DNA of 53,031 nt, from NCBI GenBank assembly GCA_020348445.1, contig CP070751.1:4462970-4516000 (forward strand), given 5' to 3'. Made by a program: the position numbers and the translations under genes. Numbering within the stretch: position 1 is the first letter of the stretch; each line of letters opens with the position of its first letter. The stretch comes from Thermoplasmata archaeon. Its GTDB lineage: Archaea; Thermoplasmatota; Thermoplasmata; GCA-020350865. Below are positions 45,151 through 53,031 of the stretch, in pieces. The notes below the pieces were generated by a model. The model made no database searches and was not told the DNA's origin. It saw nothing but the letters and a program-made list of their open reading frames with translations.

Positions 45151-46701
45151 CTAAAGTGGTATGTTGCCGTGCTTCTTTGAAGGACGCGGCTCTCTCTTAT
45201 TTAACAGGGTGTGAAGTGCGTTGATGACCTTTGGTCTGGTTTCCTGGGGTTCGATTACATCATCCACATAACCCTTTTCTGCTGCAATGTATGGATTGGC
45301 GAATTTTTTTCTGTATTCTGAGACGAGCTCCTGCCTTTTCTTTTTCGGATCCTCTGCCTTTTCAATTTCCTTTCTAAAGATTATGTTTACAGCACCGTCC
45401 GGTCCCATGACAGCGATTTCGGACGTTGGCCATGCAAAGTTTATGTCGGCTCTTATATGCTTGGAGCACATGACATCGTAGGCCCCTCCGTAGGCCTTTC
45501 TTGTGATCACGGTGATTTTAGGTACAGTGGCCTCGCAGTACGCATAAAGCAGTTTAGAGCCGTTTGTGATGATGCCGCCGTATTCCTGCGTCGTGCCAGG
45601 TAAAAATCCTGGGACGTCAACAAAGGTAAGGAGGGGAATATTGAATGCATCGCAGAAGCGAACGAACCTTCCTCCCTTTCTCGAGGAATTGATATCCAGG
45701 GTGCCTGCAAGGTGTTTGGGCTGGTTGCCCACAACACCAATCGAGTGTCCATCCAGTCTTCCAAAACCGACAACAATGTTCTGTGCCCAGAAAGGGTGAA
45801 CCTCCATGAACTCTCCATTGTCCACAACTCTGAGGATCACGTCTTTGATGTCATAGGGTTTGTTGGGATCGTCTGGAACTATGTTGACAAGCTCAGGATC
45901 CATTCTATTGGGATCGTCTCCGGTATCCACATAGGGTGGATTTTCCAGGTTGTTTTGCGGCATGTAGCTCAGCAGTTTCTTGGTCATCCTAATGCAGTCC
46001 ATCTCATCCTCGCAGGCAAAGTGTGCCACACCTGATTTTGTGTTGTGCGTCATGGCACCTCCCAGCTCCTCGAAAGTAACCTCCTCTTTTGTCACTGTCT
46101 TTATGACCTCCGGGCCTGTGATGAACATATGGCTTGTGCCCTTTACCATGAGTATGAAATCAGTCATTGCAGGGGAATACACAGCTCCTCCTGCACAGGG
46201 TCCCATTACAGCTGAGATCTGGGGAATCACTCCCGAGGCCATGACGTTTCTAAAGAATATCTCGGCATATCCACCTAGACTAACCACTCCTTCCTGGATT
46301 CTTGCACCGCCCGAGTCATTCAAACCTATTACCGGGGCCCCGTTTCGCATTGCCAAATCCATTATCTTGACCACCTTTTCTGCGAATTTCCATCCCAGGG
46401 AACCCCCAAATACAGTGAAATCCTGGGAGAATATGTAGACCAGGCGCCCGTCGATTTTTCCGTATCCTGTGATAACACCGTCTCCGAGAATTCGCTTCTT
46501 CTCCATTCCAAAATCAGTGCATTCGTGAAGTGCAAAGGCATCGAGCTCAACAAAGCTTCCATCATCCAGGAGTTTTTCTATTCTCTCCCTTGCCGTGTAC
46601 TTTCCCTGTTTGTGCTGCTTTTCGATGCGCGGAATTCCGCCACCAAGCTTGGCTTTCTCTTTCTTTTCCCTAAGCTCCTTTACTTTCTCTTCGACGGTCA
46701 T
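45151..46701 (-). CDS. Acyl-CoA carboxyltransferase (12S / MmdA / PccB family; methylmalonyl-CoA/propionyl-CoA)
   Basis: [61 protein letters not shown]. Probable start MTVEEK (ATG 46701) after GGAGG. Confidence 0.93.
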   Translation of the reverse strand: MTVEEKVKELREKKEKAKLGGGIPRIEKQHKQGKYTARERIEKLLDDGSFVELDAFALHECTDFGMEKKRILGDGVITGYGKIDGRLVYIFSQDFTVFGGSLGWKFAEKVVKIMDLAMRNGAPVIGLNDSGGARIQEGVVSLGGYAEIFFRNVMASGVIPQISAVMGPCAGGAVYSPAMTDFILMVKGTSHMFITGPEVIKTVTKEEVTFEELGGAMTHNTKSGVAHFACEDEMDCIRMTKKLLSYMPQNNLENPPYVDTGDDPNRMDPELVNIVPDDPNKPYDIKDVILRVVDNGEFMEVHPFWAQNIVVGFGRLDGHSIGVVGNQPKHLAGTLDINSSRKGGRFVRFCDAFNIPLLTFVDVPGFLPGTTQEYGGIITNGSKLLYAYCEATVPKITVITRKAYGGAYDVMCSKHIRADINFAWPTSEIAVMGPDGAVNIIFRKEIEKAEDPKKKRQELVSEYRKKFANPYIAAEKGYVDDVIEPQETRPKVINALHTLLNKREPRPSKKHGNIPL

Positions 46702-46884
46702 GTAATGCCTCCTTTTCTCGTAAATCATCGCCTCCTGGCTATTTTAAACAAAGATGATTTATGTGAGAGGATTATCGAATTCAAACAATCACCCAGATAG
46801 ATGAGCCTTGTCTCGGGAACCTACAACATGGACAACTTGCTTGCCTCCCCAAAGGGTTTTTGGATTATAAGAATTGTGATAAGG

Positions 46885-46924
46885 ACCATTATCATAGATA
46901 ATGGTGTAGAGATTGGTTATAACC
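46885..46924. promoter_or_regulatory. Two palindromes in the divergent promoter region: ACCATTATC-ata-GATAATGGT (46885-46905) and GGTTATAACC (46915-46924)
   Basis: Perfect 9-3-9 inverted repeat and a perfect 10 bp palindrome, between the carboxyltransferase operon and the WD40 gene. Confidence 0.45.
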
Positions 46925-47023
46925 GTATAATCATTAAATAGTATATAATCAATTCAATAACGTCCAAATACCGTGAAATTTGCCATAGGATTGATGAGGT
47001 AATAGCCCAATTAGGGTGATGAT

Positions 47024-50000
47024 ATGAGGAAGAGATTATTTACTATAATGGTTTTTGTAATGGGTCTCTTAGTTGCAGCAGTTATGTTCAATCCATCCAC
47101 TGAGAATGCGGTGGCAGAAACTGAGGTTACGAAGTTGATGGAGCTAAAGACACTGGAAAATCACAGTGCGAGTGTAAACTCTGTTGCATGGTCACCTGAC
47201 GGCATTATGCTCGCATCGGGATCATCTGATAACACATTGAAAGTTTGGGACATTACAACAGGCTTCGAGGTCCTAAATTTGACTGGCCACACAGATTTCG
47301 TATGGTCTGTATCCTGGTCGCCTGACGGCAAGAAGCTTGCCTCGGGATCTTCGGACAACACAATCAAACTCTGGGATTATGCAAGTGCCTCCAACGAGAA
47401 AAACCTAACCGGCCATACCGACGCTGTAAGATCTGTTTCATGGTCCCCAAATGGTACACAACTTGCCTCTGGTTCAAATGACACACATCTTATAATATGG
47501 GACTATGCATCTGGCATCCTTGAAAAGGACCTGGTTGATGAGCCATATAATATATCTTCTGTTGATTGGTCACCTTATGGCAACAAAATAGCAGCTGGCG
47601 ATGAAAACGGGACCATCAAGATCTGGGACTATGCCACCGGCAACAATGAGAAAAACCTGACCAATGGCTCAAGCTCGCCTATTTACGCCGTCGTCTGGTC
47701 CCCCAATGGAACCCAACTAGCCTCGGGCCATGAGGATGGTACGATAAACATATGGGATTATGCAAGCGGTAAAAACATAACGACCCTTTCCGGACATGTT
47801 GGTGGAATCACTTCTATTTCCTGGTCTTTTGACGGCAAATTCCTGGTATCTGGCTCTGAAGATTCTGATATAAGAATTTGGAATGTCACAAATGGAAGCT
47901 GTGCAAAGACCTTAAGCGGTCATGCAGATTCTGTGGAGTCGGTAGCTTGGTCTCCTTTGGGTGATAAAATCGCTTCGGGATCCAAGGATAACACAATAAA
48001 AATTTGGGGAGTTGGTCCGGATTTGATTCTTACTACACCATACATATGGTTTACATACCCACCATGGGGTCCAACTGAAAACGATACTGTTGTGATTCAT
48101 GCATTGATTCGCAATATTGGAGGAGAAGATGCATTTCCCGATCCTGAGTTAGAGGTCCAATTTTGGGTGGGATATATTACTGGGCCAGATTATCTGGTGG
48201 GCTATGGGAACATATCAGGAGTTGCTGCAGGAGGTTCTGCCGAATCCAATTGCACATGGACTACAACAACTCCCCCTGATCTCTATACAATATGGATAGT
48301 GATAGACCCTAATAATCTTGTGAAAGAAATTGACGAGGACAACTGGGCGAACGCAACCATCAACATCAAAAAGTACGCCGATATCGCGCCTATAGGAATT
48401 AATTTCTGGGTGGAGGGAATTCCAGTAACCTCGGTAACTGATGGCGCCCAGGTTACAATAATAGCCAGCGTGGATAACATTGGAGAGACAAATGCCTCGA
48501 ATGTTGTTGTGCAGTTCTATGATGGGGATCCTAATGCAGGGGGAGTTCAAATTGGAACAGATCAAATAATATCAAATATCGAAGTTTCACACGTAGAAGA
48601 TGTCAATGTTTCATGGATTGCCACTGTAGAAGTTGGACAAAAGCTGGAGATTCATGACATCTATGTGGTTGTAAGCGGTGTTGTAGAGAATTACTATGAT
48701 AATAATGTTTATAATAGTGCCCTTACGGTCATGCTCAGACCTGATATCAGTGTGGTAGATATTACCTTCAGCGATGATACTCCTTTTGAAGGGGACGATA
48801 TTCAAATATATGCATATATCCTAAACTCTGGTGGTACTGATACCACACAATTTGAAATCGGATTCTGGGATGGTGATCCAGATTCTAGCGGTACTCTAAT
48901 TGGATATAATTCCACCAGCCTTACAGTAGACGAAATAGGATTCGTGAACGTGACATGGCCCTCTTTAACAAGGGGCCCTCATGAGATATTCATAGTCGTT
49001 GATGCTTTGGATGATATTAACGAGGCAGATGAGACCAATAATGAAGCATCTAAGAACATTATCGTCTATTCTCCAAGGGACATACATGTTCGCGACATCA
49101 ACACTCCATACAAAATAGATACTGCGGGCGGAGACCTTGATCACATGGGTTACACGCTTGTGGAAGAGCATGGCGAGCTCATTGTGGTTAACACAATCTT
49201 CAAGGTACTTGAAACAACAGATTATGAATACAATATTGTGGTTCGGGACAATGGTACATTTATATTGAAAGATAATTCACAACTGCTCACCAACGGCTCA
49301 AAATTGAAGATATATCTTTACGATGGAGCAACACTCCAGATTATCGATTCTGTTATAGATTCTACAATTATAGAAATCCAGGCTCACGATAATGCAAATA
49401 TCATTATAACGAACAGTACGATTGGAAGTCACATAAATGTCTCAACTCCAAATACCAATATCCGTCTTTATGCCACGAACTCGTCCCTTAATAGCCCCTT
49501 TACATCCTTTGGTGGGACCTCAGAGGCTATTTTTACTAATGTTTACACTCCAGATGTGCAACTTCTTGAAGGGGCAGAGCTTGAGGTTTATCAATGGCTA
49601 AAAGTTTTTGTGAAAGACGGAAATGGTGGTTTGGTAGAGGGTTGCACAGTTAATGTCACCGAATTTTTTAGCAGCATTGAGATACCTGGGTCTCCCAAAC
49701 AAAGCAATTCTAATGGAATGGTTTTGTTTAACGTCCTGACAGACATCATAACTTCTTCAGGTACAACCAGTTTCCTCAACTTCAAGATCAGCGGTCTATA
49801 TTCCCACGGGGGGGAAAACTATACAGGCTCAAAGATAGTCTCCTTCGTAAGTTATCTTGTTGATAAGATAGACAACATAGAAGAAATTGATTTGTATATT
49901 TCGGATCTTAAACCAGACTTTTACGTTGATGCCACGAGCATTTCCTTTTGGAAAGATGGAACCTGGAGAATCACGGTTGGAGTAGGCGAGGAAATTAACA

Positions 50001-52036
50001 TAACCGCAACTGTTCAAAATGTTGGCATCAGGGATTCTAAGGGGGTAATTGTGAGATTTTTTATTGATTTGGATAGTGACGGTATAAGGGATCCAGATGA
50101 ACTCATTGATGAGGGTACAACATCCGCAATAGCAGCCGATGGTGGAACTGGTGATGCCTTTGTAATTTGGACACCCCAGGAACATGAAGTAGGAGATGAT
50201 ATGTGGGTATGGATAGTCGTGGATCCATACAATAACATTCAGGAAATAAACGAGGGTGATGACAACAAAGCTTTTAGAGTAGTGGATATAGTAATTCCAC
50301 CTGATATATCCATAACAAGCTCGGACATTTCCTTTTGGATCGGTAATGAGCAATTAACTGATAATGCAACTGAAATGTCGATTATAACCATAAGGGCTAC
50401 GGTATACAATTTAGGTACCGATAATCCTGCGAACAATATCGATATCTATGCCTTCGATGGATTTCCTGATCTTGACGGTGATGGTAAACCTGACAGTCCG
50501 CTACCCTCGAATGTGAAGTTGATTGATTATCAGTCACTGGCATTTCTGGCACCAGGGTCCTTTGCCACTGTTAATCTTACATGGGATACAACAGAGGAAG
50601 TAGGTGAGCATGACATCTACATTTATGCAATAGATGCTACGATAATTAATGGTTATATCATCCCAGATCAAAATTTAACTAACAATAACGTATCAAAAAT
50701 GTTTATGGTGTTCCCAAAACCCGACCTGATGTCAACTTTTATACCGCCTTACCCACAAATTATTGTACTACTTGATGAAGATGGAGCAATATTGTCTAAT
50801 AATCCAAGAGTAGGTCAAATAATAATATTTAAAACTGCAGTCTATAACGATGGTTTGGCTTATATCAGCGCTGTTAATGTAAGTCTTTATGACGGTGATC
50901 CTGAAAATGGTGGAACGCAGATAGGAAGCAACATAACAGTACAATTATCCCCTCGACAATATGTGAATGTAAGTTGGGAATGGATTGTTACAGAGCCCAT
51001 TGGAACAAAGGATATCTATGTGTGGGTAAATCCTTATCTTGTCGTTTTGGAATCTGATTATACAAATAACAAAGTACATAGAACCATAAATGTTGTCAAG
51101 TCCAACGTTGCCATAACCTTGAATGACTTTGATGATGACCACCTTGAATATGGAAGTACCAAAACCGTTTCAGGTACCGTGAGATTCACTGATACTGGAT
51201 CTGGAATCGGCGATATGGAGGCTAAAATAAAAATATTAGATAAAAACAGCCAGCAATATGGGGATACCCTAACTGCAATATCGACATCAGAAGGTCTCTT
51301 TTCCTTGGACATAACTGCCCCGAATTTAGAAGGTTATTATTCCATTGAAGCCCGCGTGAACGAGGATGGGGTAATCCCAGAGGAGGATTATACCGATAAT
51401 GTGGCGTCATTAATGATCTATGTTGACGACGGTGATGGTTACATTGGCCAGGATGACGCCTTTTTTGATGACCTAAATCAATGGAACGATGCAGACGGGG
51501 ACGGTTATGGAGACAACCCAGGATATGAAAATTCAGATGCCTTCCCTAATGATCTTAATGAATGGGAAGATTCAGATGATGATGGCTATGGTGACAATGG
51601 CGATGCCTTCCCAAATGATCCCAATGAATGGCTGGACAGCGATAAGGACGGGCATGGCGATAACAGTGATGTCTTTCCGAATGACCCTGATGAATGGTCT
51701 GATTCAGATGGCGATGGTATTGGTGACAACTCAGATTTCCTTCCCGATTTGCATAACAATGTATTGTATATGATGATTGCAGTAATCATAATCGTGATAG
51801 TAATCTTGGTCTTCCTCCTGAGGAGAAGGAAAAAAGAGATCGAGGGAATCCCGGAGGTTGAAGGAGGTCTTGGGGAAGGAGAAATAAAGGAGGAAATCGA
51901 AGGGTCAGAACATGAGGATGAGGAACAGACAGAAGTTACTGGACAAGAACCTGAGGAAGAAGTAGAATCCCAAAAGGAAGAGATTGAAACTATTGAAGAG
52001 GGATCTACTTTTGATGAAGAAGAAAATATTGATTAA
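47024..52036 (+). CDS. Exported membrane-anchored protein: 7 WD40 repeats, multiple CARDB domains, TSP type-3-like Ca-binding repeats, TM and acidic cytoplasmic tail
   Basis: Signal peptide; 7 x (GH...VxSVxWSPDG...LASGSxDxTIKxWD); N-x-G...E-x-N-xx-NN CARDB motifs; DAFPNDPNEW.DSD.DG.GDN repeats; TM followed by RRRKK. GGGTGA RBS. Confidence 0.88.
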   Translation: MRKRLFTIMVFVMGLLVAAVMFNPSTENAVAETEVTKLMELKTLENHSASVNSVAWSPDGIMLASGSSDNTLKVWDITTGFEVLNLTGHTDFVWSVSWSPDGKKLASGSSDNTIKLWDYASASNEKNLTGHTDAVRSVSWSPNGTQLASGSNDTHLIIWDYASGILEKDLVDEPYNISSVDWSPYGNKIAAGDENGTIKIWDYATGNNEKNLTNGSSSPIYAVVWSPNGTQLASGHEDGTINIWDYASGKNITTLSGHVGGITSISWSFDGKFLVSGSEDSDIRIWNVTNGSCAKTLSGHADSVESVAWSPLGDKIASGSKDNTIKIWGVGPDLILTTPYIWFTYPPWGPTENDTVVIHALIRNIGGEDAFPDPELEVQFWVGYITGPDYLVGYGNISGVAAGGSAESNCTWTTTTPPDLYTIWIVIDPNNLVKEIDEDNWANATINIKKYADIAPIGINFWVEGIPVTSVTDGAQVTIIASVDNIGETNASNVVVQFYDGDPNAGGVQIGTDQIISNIEVSHVEDVNVSWIATVEVGQKLEIHDIYVVVSGVVENYYDNNVYNSALTVMLRPDISVVDITFSDDTPFEGDDIQIYAYILNSGGTDTTQFEIGFWDGDPDSSGTLIGYNSTSLTVDEIGFVNVTWPSLTRGPHEIFIVVDALDDINEADETNNEASKNIIVYSPRDIHVRDINTPYKIDTAGGDLDHMGYTLVEEHGELIVVNTIFKVLETTDYEYNIVVRDNGTFILKDNSQLLTNGSKLKIYLYDGATLQIIDSVIDSTIIEIQAHDNANIIITNSTIGSHINVSTPNTNIRLYATNSSLNSPFTSFGGTSEAIFTNVYTPDVQLLEGAELEVYQWLKVFVKDGNGGLVEGCTVNVTEFFSSIEIPGSPKQSNSNGMVLFNVLTDIITSSGTTSFLNFKISGLYSHGGENYTGSKIVSFVSYLVDKIDNIEEIDLYISDLKPDFYVDATSISFWKDGTWRITVGVGEEINITATVQNVGIRDSKGVIVRFFIDLDSDGIRDPDELIDEGTTSAIAADGGTGDAFVIWTPQEHEVGDDMWVWIVVDPYNNIQEINEGDDNKAFRVVDIVIPPDISITSSDISFWIGNEQLTDNATEMSIITIRATVYNLGTDNPANNIDIYAFDGFPDLDGDGKPDSPLPSNVKLIDYQSLAFLAPGSFATVNLTWDTTEEVGEHDIYIYAIDATIINGYIIPDQNLTNNNVSKMFMVFPKPDLMSTFIPPYPQIIVLLDEDGAILSNNPRVGQIIIFKTAVYNDGLAYISAVNVSLYDGDPENGGTQIGSNITVQLSPRQYVNVSWEWIVTEPIGTKDIYVWVNPYLVVLESDYTNNKVHRTINVVKSNVAITLNDFDDDHLEYGSTKTVSGTVRFTDTGSGIGDMEAKIKILDKNSQQYGDTLTAISTSEGLFSLDITAPNLEGYYSIEARVNEDGVIPEEDYTDNVASLMIYVDDGDGYIGQDDAFFDDLNQWNDADGDGYGDNPGYENSDAFPNDLNEWEDSDDDGYGDNGDAFPNDPNEWLDSDKDGHGDNSDVFPNDPDEWSDSDGDGIGDNSDFLPDLHNNVLYMMIAVIIIVIVILVFLLRRRKKEIEGIPEVEGGLGEGEIKEEIEGSEHEDEEQTEVTGQEPEEEVESQKEEIETIEEGSTFDEEENID
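51421..51750 (+). repeat. About five thrombospondin type-3-like Asp-rich repeats
   Basis: DAFFDDLNQWNDADGDGYGDN, DAFPNDLNEWEDSDDDGYGDN, DAFPNDPNEWLDSDKDGHGDN, DVFPNDPDEWSDSDGDGIGDN. Confidence 0.8.
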
Positions 52037-52101
52037 AAATTCTCTTTGAGAAAGCCTTTTATCATAATATCGCATTTTTATCACCCACGAGGTTCTCGTA
52101 T

Positions 52102-52803
52102 ATGACCACAGATCCAAAAAAAGCTAAACAGATCAAATCCCAGTTAATTGATACCTTCGATGCCATAGCCCCTCATTTCGATATCACCCGGTACAAACCT
52201 TGGCCCGAGAGCAAGAAGATCATCTCCACCTTACCAAAAGGCTCCACGGTCCTTGATCTAGGTTGTGGAAACGGCAGGAACTCCATTTATCTAGCCAAGG
52301 AGGGGATGGAAGTCGTAGGTCTGGATTTCTCACGGGCATTGTTAAAGATCGTGTTTAATAAAGTGGAATGGAAGGAGGTCTCGAAAAAAGTGAGGCTCAT
52401 CGAGGGAGATTGTGCACAGCTGCCCTTTAAGAATGATTACTTTGACGCTGTTCTTTACATTGCCACCTTACATCACCTCCCTACTCCTAATGAAAGAGCA
52501 AACAGCCTTCTGGAAGTAAAAAGATGTTTAAAATCTGGGGGAAGGGCCCTTGTTAGTGCTTGGGCACAGGAGCAAGAGAAATTTAAAGAGGAGCTCGAAA
52601 TTTCCAGGGAGAACAAGGAACAAGGAGCCGAGTATGGAGACATATTCTTGCCCTGGAAGATGAAGGAGGGCAGGGAGTATCAGAGGTATTATCATCTTTT
52701 CTCAAAAAAAGAGTTTGAGGATTTGATAGAAAAAAGTGGACTTGAGGCAATCAGGATATTCTTTTCAGCTGACAATCATTATGCAGAGCTTAGAAAGAGA
52801 TAA
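52102..52803 (+). CDS. trm9: Trm9/ALKBH8-like tRNA wobble-uridine (cm5U) methyltransferase
   Basis: IAPHFDITRYKPWP, LDLGCGNGRN, IATLHHL, ALVSAWAQEQ, DIFLPW and YQRYYHLF follow the Trm9 motif series. Confidence 0.7.
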   Translation: MTTDPKKAKQIKSQLIDTFDAIAPHFDITRYKPWPESKKIISTLPKGSTVLDLGCGNGRNSIYLAKEGMEVVGLDFSRALLKIVFNKVEWKEVSKKVRLIEGDCAQLPFKNDYFDAVLYIATLHHLPTPNERANSLLEVKRCLKSGGRALVSAWAQEQEKFKEELEISRENKEQGAEYGDIFLPWKMKEGREYQRYYHLFSKKEFEDLIEKSGLEAIRIFFSADNHYAELRKR

Positions 52804-52807
52804 TGAA

Positions 52808-53031
52808 TCAGCCCTCCACGATCTTTTTGAACTCCTTCTCATCTATAATTTTTAATCCAAGCTTTTTTGCTTTTTCAAACTTGGAGCCAGGCTTATCGCC
52901 GACCACCAAGAAATCCGTCTTTTTTGAAACTGTGTTTGATACAATACCACCCTTGTCCATAACAAGGTTCGAGGCCTCGTCCCTGCTTAGGGTCTCTATG
53001 CTGCCACTGAAGACGAACTGCTTACCATCCA
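52808..53031 (-). CDS. ligA: C-terminal BRCT domain, probably of NAD-dependent DNA ligase (partial)
   Basis: Not in the ORF track. Reverse strand reads LDGKQFVFSGSIETLSRDEASNLVMDKGGIVSNTVSKKTDFLVVGDKPGSKFEKAKKLGLKIIDEKEFKKIVEG*. Confidence 0.75.
   Translation of the reverse strand, partial: DGKQFVFSGSIETLSRDEASNLVMDKGGIVSNTVSKKTDFLVVGDKPGSKFEKAKKLGLKIIDEKEFKKIVEG

Noticed and set aside
448-52117. Numerous 60-190 aa ORFs on opposite strands or in alternative frames in the ORF track
   Set aside because: They overlap well-supported genes, lack RBS or motifs, and are shadow ORFs (stop-poor antisense frames of Asn/Ile-rich genes).

Overview
A 53 kb chromosomal segment that looks archaeal, most likely Thermoplasmatota. 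This is inferred from BRE/TATA promoters, GGAGGTG/GGGGTGA ribosome-binding sites, an archaeal-type GTP-PEPCK and typical NosD/CARDB/PKD surface proteins. Contents in order: a methyltransferase; an FAD-oxidase + CCG Fe-S pair; a flippase-like gene and a GT-C glycosyltransferase; pckG; a tandem array of six membrane-anchored two-Ig-domain paralogues, each with its own copy of a ~46 bp promoter cassette; bacterial-type XPB and its partner; a TPR gene; xseAB; a Rab-like GTPase; a ~20.6 kb cluster of six large secreted proteins; a three-gene biotin-dependent carboxyltransferase operon; an exported WD40/CARDB/TSP3 membrane protein; a Trm9-like methyltransferase; and the BRCT end of an NAD-dependent ligase. 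The secreted cluster has five beta-helix proteins and one Asp-box propeller/LTD/PKD protein, all ending in a portable, anchor-less C-terminal domain. The operon has the subunit make-up of transcarboxylase (12S, 5S with a fused epsilon-like tail, 1.3S). No rRNA, tRNA, CRISPR array or transposase was seen. The best candidates for undescribed biology are the modular secreted-protein cassette system with its shared C-terminal domain and long direct repeats, the transcarboxylase-like operon in an archaeon, and the six-gene promoter-plus-gene array. All calls come from reading motifs by eye; no searches were run.
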